A stretch of 64,000 nt of DNA from an uncultured Chloroflexia bacterium (GCA_963712745.1 CAVQJC010000017.1:160001-224000); one strand, 5' to 3'. Positions 8,614-15,943 are shown, counted from the first letter of the stretch. Made by a program: numbers and translations. Notes: generated by a model not told the origin, from the letters alone.

Positions 8614-9150
8614 ATGCGCACGTTGCGGCCGTCACTGGCGGCGATCATCATCTTGGTGCTGGCCATGACATCGGGCAGCGCGGTCTTGGCCCAGTCGGAC
8701 GACGCGCCTGCCGCCTGGGTCGAAGCGACGAGCATCGCGCATCCCTGCGTCGGACTCGGGGAACCCGAGGAGTACATCGAGGAGACGCACGTGACCCGTC
8801 TCCGAGGCTCGGCTCTCGACTGCAGCATGGACCTTGGCGACGCCCGCCTGAAGGGCACTGCGGATATGAGCTGGAACTACGACTGCTACGACGCGGTCGG
8901 GGCCGGCTGCGTGCGTTGGGGCTCCGTGGTGCTGACTGGGCCCGATGGCACATGGGAGGGTACGTTCAGCGGCGTAGAGAGCCCCGCAGGGTCCGGTGCT
9001 TCCTTCTCTGCTGAGTACATCGAGCTCGCGGGCAGGGGTGCCTACGATGGGCTTGCGTACGTGGGTCAGGCAGCCAACCAGTTCAGCACTTCTGGACGGT
9101 GGTTCGGCATCGTGTACGAAGGCGAGTTGCCGTCTCCGTCCGCCGAGTAG
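8614..9150 (+). CDS. Family-B secreted beta-rich protein (cassette)
   Basis: Signal peptide MRTLRPSL.. and motif C..DARLKG..N.DC..C..WG..GPDGTWEG..L.G.GAYDGL. Ends in SAE*. Confidence 0.75.
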   Translation: MRTLRPSLAAIIILVLAMTSGSAVLAQSDDAPAAWVEATSIAHPCVGLGEPEEYIEETHVTRLRGSALDCSMDLGDARLKGTADMSWNYDCYDAVGAGCVRWGSVVLTGPDGTWEGTFSGVESPAGSGASFSAEYIELAGRGAYDGLAYVGQAANQFSTSGRWFGIVYEGELPSPSAE

Positions 9151-9153
9151 TCG

Positions 9154-9244
9154 CATCGCGTCGCCTCGGCTGCTTGCGGCTCAGGATCGGCGTGCATAGC
9201 CACGGCGGCGACGACCAGACCAAACCCGCTATACATGGCGATTC
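9154..9244 (+). repeat. L' + R repeat
   Basis: catcgcgtcgcctcggctgcttgcg..ccacggcggcgacgaccagaccaaacccgctatacatggcgattc. Confidence 0.9.
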
Positions 9245-9260
9245 CTGTTAGCGAGTCGGG

Positions 9261-10394
9261 TCAGGTCGGCAGTTCGGCCAGCACGTCCTCGATGGCCATC
9301 CCACCGCTGCCACTGACGATGAACAGGACACCGCGAACGGTATACATGAACGACCACGTCGAACCGTCATCCGCCTCCTCCGCGTCATCCGTCCAGACGG
9401 TACGTTCACCGTAGGTCCGAGTCGGCCACTCCGAGAGCGGCGGGGTCACAGAGGTGCCCATCTCGCTGCGCATGATCTGTACCAGTTGCTCCATCACGAC
9501 TACGGGCGGGACTCCAGCAACTCGGATGGCCTCAACGACGTACTGCTCCGGCACCGACCGGTCAGCCGTACGCGCATGTGCCACCTGCAGGTCCCTGAAC
9601 TCCTGTCCGAGGTCGGAGATCAAGCGTCGGAACAACCGGCGAGCGTCTTCCTCGGTCAGCACCAGAGACGAGCTGCTCTCGACGGACAGCGGAGTATCGC
9701 CGATCACGTGCGGCAGCAGGGAGATCACCTGGTCGGACGGGAGCGGCAGGGTCTCGACGGTCTCGGCGATGGAGAGCCAGTCGTCGTCGGGGCGTTGGAA
9801 AGCTGAGCACGTCATCGTCAAGATGTCGCCGCCGACGTCGATCAGATACATCGTGACGGGGCCCCAGACGTCACGGTCGTAGGCATTCTGGGCGGTCGCT
9901 CGAAGTACCAGACCGGGACCGGTCGGCACGTCCACCGGCATCGGCGGGTCGGCATCCACCATCGACTCCGCGTCCACCATCGTCTGGTACAGACCTTCGG
10001 CGAAGGCATCGAGCCGCCAGCCTTCCCCGAGCCTTGGATAGAACAAGCAGCTCTCCGTCTCCGCGAGGGAGCACACTGAGGACGAGAGGTCCATACCCAA
10101 TAGCGGGAAGGATCCCTCAGCGGCCAAGAGCGAGAGGTTCATGTGCAGGCACGAGAGCCCAGCTGCAGTCAGTCCACCATCAGGCGAGTCCATGGCGCGG
10201 ACCTGTGAGTCGATGTCGGCGCCAGGGTCGAACGCCACCCAGCCCTCGGGGAGGGTGACCGCGAAGCCGTACTCAGCGATCTCCACGCGCCCGCCCATCC
10301 ACGGCGGAGGCGAGGCATCCTCCGCCCGCGCGGACCCGAATACAGTCGCCAGCAGACTGACCACAAGCAGCGCCACGCTCGCCAGCTGTCGCAT
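9261..10394 (-). CDS. Secreted fusion of a family-A PsbP-like domain and a family-C domain (cassette)
   Basis: GGRVEI..GFAVTLPEGW..DDDWLSIAETVE, then a domain ending IEDVLAELPT that resembles 11958-12557. Confidence 0.8.
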   Translation of the reverse strand: MRQLASVALLVVSLLATVFGSARAEDASPPPWMGGRVEIAEYGFAVTLPEGWVAFDPGADIDSQVRAMDSPDGGLTAAGLSCLHMNLSLLAAEGSFPLLGMDLSSSVCSLAETESCLFYPRLGEGWRLDAFAEGLYQTMVDAESMVDADPPMPVDVPTGPGLVLRATAQNAYDRDVWGPVTMYLIDVGGDILTMTCSAFQRPDDDWLSIAETVETLPLPSDQVISLLPHVIGDTPLSVESSSSLVLTEEDARRLFRRLISDLGQEFRDLQVAHARTADRSVPEQYVVEAIRVAGVPPVVVMEQLVQIMRSEMGTSVTPPLSEWPTRTYGERTVWTDDAEEADDGSTWSFMYTVRGVLFIVSGSGGMAIEDVLAELPT

Positions 10395-10417
10395 TCTCGT
10401 ACCTGTGCGGATGCCCT

Positions 10418-10510
10418 CATCCTCCGCGCCCCGCTCAGCGGGTCAAGGGCCGGACGGCCCGGCGTCCATGGCGGCGACGACCAGACATAACCCGCTATAC
10501 ATGGCGATTC
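10418..10510 (+). repeat. L + R repeat
   Basis: catcctccgcgccccgctcagcgggtcaagggccggacggcccggcgt-ccatggcggcgacgaccagacataacccgctatacatggcgattc. Confidence 0.93.
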
Positions 10511-10530
10511 GTACCGTCCGCTCGGCCGAG

Positions 10531-11136
10531 CTACGCTCCGGCGGGCAGGAACTCGAAGGTCGCGGCGATGGACAGCCAGTCATCCTCGGGTGCTCCTCGC
10601 GAACAGCCGAGGAAGTACCACCGGTGTCCATCACCGAAGAGGTACATAGCGTATCGGTCAGCGGTCTCCAGCGACGCCCAGTCGGGGTACCCGCCGGGCT
10701 CGCCCCAGAAGTTCGCGTCTGAGGGCACCAGGTCCATGGTGACCCGTCCGACGCGTCCAGCCGGCAGGTCGATGACCGCGCCGGTGACGTTCCTGGCGGC
10801 GAGACTGTCGTCCCATCGCGAGACCAACGCATCGAGCCAGTCGTCAATCGACTCGACCGGCAGGACCGGCTCAACGACGGACGAGTCAAAGACCTCACAG
10901 TAGCCACCCGGCCCCGAGGAGGTCAGGCCCGGCAAGTACGGGGGGTGATCCAGCATCCCAATGACCTCCCACCCGTCGGGGAAGGCGATGGCGATTCCCA
11001 GATCCGGGAAGGTCCGGATGGTGGCGGCAGGCTGCCCCGTCACCTCCGGGCTCGCCGACGGTGACTGCGCCGTGATGGCGCTCGACGTCGTGGCTAGGAG
11101 ACACGCCACCGCAACCGAGATGATGAGCCGTCGCAT
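10531..11136 (-). CDS. Family-A secreted single PsbP-like domain protein (cassette)
   Basis: Signal peptide and GIAIAFPDGW..C..LPAGR..C..EDDWLSIAATFEFLPAGA*. Confidence 0.8.
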   Translation of the reverse strand: MRRLIISVAVACLLATTSSAITAQSPSASPEVTGQPAATIRTFPDLGIAIAFPDGWEVIGMLDHPPYLPGLTSSGPGGYCEVFDSSVVEPVLPVESIDDWLDALVSRWDDSLAARNVTGAVIDLPAGRVGRVTMDLVPSDANFWGEPGGYPDWASLETADRYAMYLFGDGHRWYFLGCSRGAPEDDWLSIAATFEFLPAGA

Positions 11137-11161
11137 GATCGACTCCCGTGCGCGATGCCCC

Positions 11162-11266
11162 CATCCTCTCCGCCCCGCTCAGTGGGTCAAGGGCCGGACG
11201 GCCCGGCGGCGTGCCATCGCCATGTACGGGCGATGACCAGACCAAACCCGCTATTCATGGCGATTC
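11162..11266 (+). repeat. L + R repeat
   Basis: catcctctccgccccgctcagtgggtcaagggccggacggcccggcggc..gaccagaccaaacccgctattcatggcgattc. Confidence 0.92.
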
Positions 11267-11377
11267 TCGCTTGGGGCGGAGTTCGCAGCAACGGCTCGTG
11301 GGACGCCTGCGCCTCGAGAATCGTCTACCTGGTACAGGCGGGATCGACTCGTCAGCGTGAGAATCGAGGGAGAGACC

Positions 11378-11899
11378 ATGGGAACGATCAGGATCGGCAT
11401 CATCACGCTCCTCACCATCGGCCAGCTGGCGGGCTCAGCGGTCAGTGTCGCAGCGCAGGACGATGAAGCCGTCGTCGTGAGCGGGGGCATGAGTCCGATT
11501 GGCGGCGCGAGCGTGCCGTGCGAGCTGGAGGAGGATTTCACCGAACTCGACGACGGCACGGCCAGCTGGACCTGGTGCTTCGGTCTCGTGATGGACGATC
11601 CACGGCTCACCGGCGACGGCTCCGTCGTCATGGCTGAGCGGGCGTACGACGGCTTCGGCCTGATCTCCTCGAGGGTGGAGATAGCCAACGAAGGAGGGTC
11701 GTGGTCGGGCAACGGCACCAGGGTCTTCATCGACGGAGATCCGGGGATCGATATCGAGCAACTCGTACTCACCGGGGCCGGTGGATATGGCGGCCTGACG
11801 GCCATCCTCTATGCCGATCCGGAGTTCGGCTTCCGCGGATTGGACTCGTGGAACGGCGTCATCATCTCGGGCGAGATGCCAGGACTACCTGCCGAGTAG
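11378..11899 (+). CDS. Family-B secreted beta-rich protein (cassette)
   Basis: ATG after GAGGGAG, signal peptide, DDPRLTG..GGSWSG..VLTGAGGYGGLTAI. Ends in LPAE*. Confidence 0.75.
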   Translation: MGTIRIGIITLLTIGQLAGSAVSVAAQDDEAVVVSGGMSPIGGASVPCELEEDFTELDDGTASWTWCFGLVMDDPRLTGDGSVVMAERAYDGFGLISSRVEIANEGGSWSGNGTRVFIDGDPGIDIEQLVLTGAGGYGGLTAILYADPEFGFRGLDSWNGVIISGEMPGLPAE

Positions 11900-11957
11900 A
11901 CCCCTCGCGCCACCTCCGCCTCGGCGGGCAGGAACTCGAAGGTCTCGGCGATGGAGG

Positions 11958-12557
11958 CTATGGCAGTTCGGCCAGCACGTCCTCGATGGTCGGTTCGGTC
12001 GGTGCGTCGGGGTCAGAGCCAACGCGACCAAGCCGCACTCTGAACAGGACCTCGCCCTTCGGGTAGAGGTACTCGATGAAGCGGTCGTCGGCGCCATCGA
12101 AGGTAACGACCACGACGCGGCGGTCACCGATGTCCTGCCAGTCCATAGCGGCCACTGGCAGTTGGTCGGCGACAGCTTGGGACTCGCGTCGCAACCCCTC
12201 GAACACGCCTGCCCAGAAGTCTGCCGCCTGAGCACCCACGATGCGTGTCGCCTCGATACTCAGGAACCGGTCTCCTTCCGGGTGAACTCCATAGCCGCCT
12301 GCGGCTCTGACATCCTCCGGCTCCAGTCCGAGTGGCACCAAGACATCACGCCAGCCTGCGGTCCACTCCGCATCGGCGGAAGAGACAGCCGAGAAGTCCA
12401 GGATGGACAGGTCGATGTCCCCGACCTGTGACGGGATGATGGACGCCAAGTCATCGGGTGCGAACGGCGGCGTGGCCTCCGCTGACGGCGACTGAGCCAA
12501 CGCCCCAGACCCCAGCGACAGAACCATCAGCCCTGCCAATAGCCCGGCTCGCTTCAC
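11958..12557 (-). CDS. Family-C secreted protein (cassette)
   Basis: GTG after AGGAGG. Signal peptide KRAGLLAGLMVLSLGSGALA resembles that of 7791. Ends in IEDVLAELP*. Confidence 0.75.
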   Translation of the reverse strand: MKRAGLLAGLMVLSLGSGALAQSPSAEATPPFAPDDLASIIPSQVGDIDLSILDFSAVSSADAEWTAGWRDVLVPLGLEPEDVRAAGGYGVHPEGDRFLSIEATRIVGAQAADFWAGVFEGLRRESQAVADQLPVAAMDWQDIGDRRVVVVTFDGADDRFIEYLYPKGEVLFRVRLGRVGSDPDAPTEPTIEDVLAELP

Positions 12558-12584
12558 GGCTCCACCCCTCCTGCGGATGCCGCT

Positions 12585-12686
12585 CATCCTCCGCGCCCCG
12601 AGCCCCGGGTCAAGGGCCGGACGGCCCGGCGGCACGCTCAGCCCTGGCGGCGACGACCAGACATAACCCGGTATTCATGGCGATTC
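12585..12686 (+). repeat. L + R repeat
   Basis: catcctccgcgccccgagccccgggtcaagggccggacggcccggcggc..ccctggcggcgacgaccagacataacccggtattcatggcgattc. Confidence 0.92.
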
Positions 12687-12734
12687 CGTGCGGCCCACTG
12701 GAGCCTCGTGGACGCCCGCGAGAGAATCGTCGTA

Positions 12735-12807
12735 GCGGGAGGCAAAGACGCGCGGCCCCAGCCCTGGCCGCCTGGACCGTGCCGAGTCACTGGCGGACCC
12801 GACCCGC
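12735..12807 (+). ncRNA. c-di-GMP-II-like riboswitch aptamer (copy 3)
   Basis: Identical to 5059-5131 except caaTga becomes caaAga. Confidence 0.68.
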
Positions 12808-12825
12808 GCTTGTGAGGGGGATGTC

Positions 12826-13359
12826 ATGCGTACGTTGCGGCTGTCCCTGGTCGGGACGGTCATCGTGATGCTGCTCGGCGGGCTGGCTGGAGCGGTGCTT
12901 GGCGCAGGACGAGGAGGAAGCGCCCGTATGGGTGACCCTCCTCGCGCAGGAGAACTGCCGGATGGAGGCGGACCCCGGCACCTACGAGCCAGGCGCAGGA
13001 CGCGCCAAGAAGATCCGCGACCTGCCCCTCGCTTGCGACCTCACCTACAGCGATGCCCGCCTTAGCGGGCCGAGCCACATGCTCTACAACGAGGACTGCT
13101 TCGAGTCGGGCATCTGCGTCGGGTGGGGGACCATCGGATCGACGGCTCCGACGGATCGTGGACCGGGTGGTGGCACGAGATCGACGACGAGGACGACGAT
13201 ACGAGCTTCCACATCGTGCTGACCGGCGACGGCGGTTACGAGGGACTCACCGCCATCATCTACTCACTCGGGGTCTGGGAAACGTTCCCCGACGAGTACG
13301 GTGTCATCTACCGGGGCGATCCGCCGCCAGGTCCCGAGGTGCTGTTGACTGCTGAGTAG
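12826..13359 (+). pseudogene. Family-B secreted protein with two compensating frameshifts (about 12899 and 13134)
   Basis: Three ORF pieces join as MRTLRLSL..AVL / AQDEEEAPVW..DARLSG..NEDC..CVGWGT / RIDGSDGSWTG..LTGDGGYEGLTA..LTAE*. Confidence 0.75.
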
Positions 13360-13587
13360 CAGATCACCAGGCGACCGCGCCACGCTCACCGCCGCGAGCG
13401 AGATCCATACAGGGATAGACACCGATACGACGGTCATCTACCCCTGCTCGAGCTGAGCCGCACCGACATCGACCCCACGGCGCCCTGAGAACAGCACCGC
13501 CACCCTGGAGCAGCACTTCCCGCTGCCGCGTTCATGACCTCCGCCTCTTGAACCGAGCGGTACTGCTGTGGCCTCATACCCATCTGA

Positions 13588-13661
13588 GCGGGAGGCGATG
13601 AGGCACGGCCCACACCCTGGCCGCTGGGACCGCGTCCGAGCCACTGGCGAAACCGGCCCGC
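13588..13661 (+). ncRNA. c-di-GMP-II-like riboswitch aptamer (copy 4)
   Basis: gcgggaggcgatgaggcacggcc..tggccgctgggaccgcgtccgagccactggcgaaaccggcccgc retains the canonical AACCG junction. Confidence 0.68.
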
Positions 13662-13679
13662 GCAGCAAAGGGGGATGTC

Positions 13680-14579
13680 ATGCGGACGTTGCGACTGTCC
13701 CTGTCGGTGACGGTCATCTTGGCACTGCTGAGCGGACTGGGCAGTGCGGTCGTGGCTCAGTCGGAGGAGCCGAACCAACAGAGCGCGTGGCCGAGCCTCA
13801 CGACGTCCCTCGAGTACGGCGAAGACCCAAAGCAGGTTATCCATGCCTACGAGCCAGAGCCTCGGACCGCGCCACGGCCCGCCGTCGTCTTCTTCTCCGG
13901 CGGCGGATACGACATCGGGGATCCGCTGTGGGTCCTCGACTCTGCACGCCAGATGGCCGAGGCTGGCTACGTGGCCTTTGCGGCGGGCTACCGCCTCCAC
14001 GATCCGTCGACGGGCACGAACCCATGGCCGGCACAACTCGAGGATGCCCAGGCAGCGGTCCGCTGGATCCGCGCTCACGCGGCGGACTACGGCGTCGACC
14101 CCGACCGGATCTGCGCCCTCGGCCATTCCTCCGGTGGCCACCTCGCGTCGCTGGTCGGCATGACCGATGCCCGCGACACGAGTGACCCTGACATGGCGGG
14201 CATCTCGAGCCGCGTCACCTGCGTCGTCAGCGTCTCGGGCGACGTCGACCTCACGATCGGCAACCCGTACCCGGAGCAGACGGCGGTCTACGAGAGCCTG
14301 CTGGGCGCCAGCTACGAGGATGACCCCGCCGCGTGGCGTGCGGTCTCGCCCGCCTACCTCGTCGATGCGGAGACCGTGCCCATCCTCATCATCCACGGCA
14401 CCCGCGACACCAACGTCGACGTTCAGGCGTCCCGGAACCTGGCGGCAGCCCTCGCCGAGGTCGACCGGGAGTTCGTCTACGCCGAGATAGACGCCGACCA
14501 CTTCGACATCTTCGAGCAGCCCCCGACCCTGCCGCTCACCGAGACGTTCCTCGTCTACCAACTCCATCCAGAGGAGTGA
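13680..14579 (+). CDS. Secreted alpha/beta hydrolase (HSL/BD-FAE-like esterase) (cassette)
   Basis: Oxyanion motif FSGGG, nucleophile elbow GHSSGG, IHGTRD and ADH. Carries the shared MRTLRLSL signal peptide. Confidence 0.88.
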   Translation: MRTLRLSLSVTVILALLSGLGSAVVAQSEEPNQQSAWPSLTTSLEYGEDPKQVIHAYEPEPRTAPRPAVVFFSGGGYDIGDPLWVLDSARQMAEAGYVAFAAGYRLHDPSTGTNPWPAQLEDAQAAVRWIRAHAADYGVDPDRICALGHSSGGHLASLVGMTDARDTSDPDMAGISSRVTCVVSVSGDVDLTIGNPYPEQTAVYESLLGASYEDDPAAWRAVSPAYLVDAETVPILIIHGTRDTNVDVQASRNLAAALAEVDREFVYAEIDADHFDIFEQPPTLPLTETFLVYQLHPEE

Positions 14580-14739
14580 TGACCGACCGGTCGATGGCGG
14601 CTCGATGGACGGCGAACCCAGAGCGAGTTGAAGAGATACGCGGCGCCAGCGCAAGCGCACCCGGCTGGAGCGTGGGCCGAGACCAAGGAGTAGGCGAGAG
14701 CTAGGAGTCGGCGACCAGCCGTGCCCACCGGCTGATTCG

Positions 14740-14830
14740 CTCGCGCCGCCTCGGCTGCCTGCGCCATGGCGACGACGACCAGACGTCGTACGCGTGGCGA
14801 CCAGACCAAGCCCGCTATACATGGCGATAC
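14740..14830 (+). repeat. L' + composite R (short variant followed by full core)
   Basis: tcgcgccgcctcggctgcctgcg-ccatggcgacgacgaccagac-gtcgtacgcgtggcg-accagaccaagcccgctatacatggcgatac. Confidence 0.88.
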
Positions 14831-14865
14831 GCCGGGTCGGCAGGTCAAGCGCGATACGGCCGCGC

Positions 14866-15840
14866 CTACTCCTCGGCGGGTCGGAACTCGAACGTCTCGG
14901 CGATGGACTGCCAACGATCCTGAGGGGCTGCAACCCCGAAGCAAGTAAGGGAGTAGTAGGACGTCCCGTCGGTCACGAGGTAGGCGCTCCTCTCGAGGTT
15001 CGCGCCCTCATCCACGTCATCGATGCGGACAGCCGAACCGCTGGGCAACTCGATGGCGGTCGTGGCTAGCGTCGCAGGCGCCGACCGGAACATGGCGATG
15101 AACGCCTCCACGAAGCCCTCGAGGTCGCTCCACGCCACGTCGGCGTGGCGTCCGTGGGGCCAGTACCAAGCACGGCAGGTGTCCTCGCCCGGCATGAACG
15201 CCAGCATCACCATCTGGCCCGTGGTGGTCGGCCTGTCTTCCCGCGTGAATACGACTGACCAGTCCTCGGGGAGGGTGAGCGCGAAGCCCGCTTCGGGCAC
15301 CCAGCCTCGCAAGCGACGTTCCAGGTTCGTCGGCTGGTCCTGCCGAAGCGGGTCGATAGCGATCGAGTTCGCGATAGACAGCCAGCGATCGGTCGGCGGG
15401 TCGGTGCTGGTGCAGGTCAGCACGCGATAGGACGAGCCGACCTCCCAGTAGTAGCTCGTCACCAGGTACACACCATCGGGCCCATAGTCCTGCCACGCCT
15501 CGGTGCGAAGGGCCGCTCCCTGCGGGGTCGCGACTGTCACGGCGGAGGCGGCGGCAGGACCGCCTCCTTGCTCGACCAACGCGGCCAGGCAAAGGGTCTC
15601 ATCGGTGTCGTACAGCGTGAGCAATGGCGTCACATCGCCTCGCGTGGTCAACTCGTACGGATCGCCGGGCGTGGCCTCCCAGAGGTGCGGCGGGACGACC
15701 CAGAGCCCGGAGCCCAGGCTCTCGACACGACCTGCGGACCAGAACGTCGCTTCGGTCGTTGGTGTCGGCGACTGCGCGGCCACACCATTCGCAACCATCG
15801 CGAGGGTCAGCCCGGCCAGCATTCCAGATCGTCTGCGCAT
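14866..15840 (-). CDS. Family-A secreted protein with two PsbP-like domains (cassette)
   Basis: Signal peptide MRRRSGMLAGL.., then ..LTCTSTDPPTDRWLSIANSI.. and GFALTLPEDW..LTC..QDRWQSIAETFEFRPAEE*. Confidence 0.8.
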   Translation of the reverse strand: MRRRSGMLAGLTLAMVANGVAAQSPTPTTEATFWSAGRVESLGSGLWVVPPHLWEATPGDPYELTTRGDVTPLLTLYDTDETLCLAALVEQGGGPAAASAVTVATPQGAALRTEAWQDYGPDGVYLVTSYYWEVGSSYRVLTCTSTDPPTDRWLSIANSIAIDPLRQDQPTNLERRLRGWVPEAGFALTLPEDWSVVFTREDRPTTTGQMVMLAFMPGEDTCRAWYWPHGRHADVAWSDLEGFVEAFIAMFRSAPATLATTAIELPSGSAVRIDDVDEGANLERSAYLVTDGTSYYSLTCFGVAAPQDRWQSIAETFEFRPAEE

Positions 15841-15849
15841 CACTTGCCC

Positions 15850-15943
15850 CATCCTCGCCTGCCGGCTCAGTCGGTCAAGGGCCGGACAGCCCGGCGGCAT
15901 GCATCGCCATGGTGCCGACGACCAGACGGCGTACGCCTGGCGA
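15850..15943 (+). repeat. L + terminal short-variant R (right end of array)
   Basis: catcctcgcctgccggctcagtcggtcaagggccggacagcccggcggc..ccatggtgccgacgaccagac-ggcgtacgcc-tggcga. Confidence 0.85.

Larger units (their letters stand above)
3700..15943 (+). mobile_element. Putative gene-cassette array delimited by direct-repeat R sites (no recombinase in window)
   Basis: 11 same-orientation R copies at 3757, 4966, 6547, 7848, 8430, 9200, 10466, 11220, 12642, 14764 and 15907, separating units of 1-2 genes and about 0.6-2.1 kb. None noticed beyond 16 kb. Confidence 0.7.

Noticed and set aside
13360-13560. Possible small minus-strand ORF (MNAAAGSAAPGWRCC..) with an SD
   Set aside because: Only 33 codons with no recognisable motif, so it cannot be supported.
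3841-15840. Diversity-generating retroelement acting on family-A C-termini
   Set aside because: No reverse transcriptase and no TR/VR pair with adenine-specific mismatches. The C-termini are the conserved part, not the variable part.
3757-15943. R repeats as a CRISPR array
   Set aside because: Spacing is 0.6-2.1 kb with whole genes between copies, and no cas genes are in the window.
3700-15943. L/R as IS or MITE ends
   Set aside because: All copies are direct rather than inverted, with no transposase and no target-site duplications seen.
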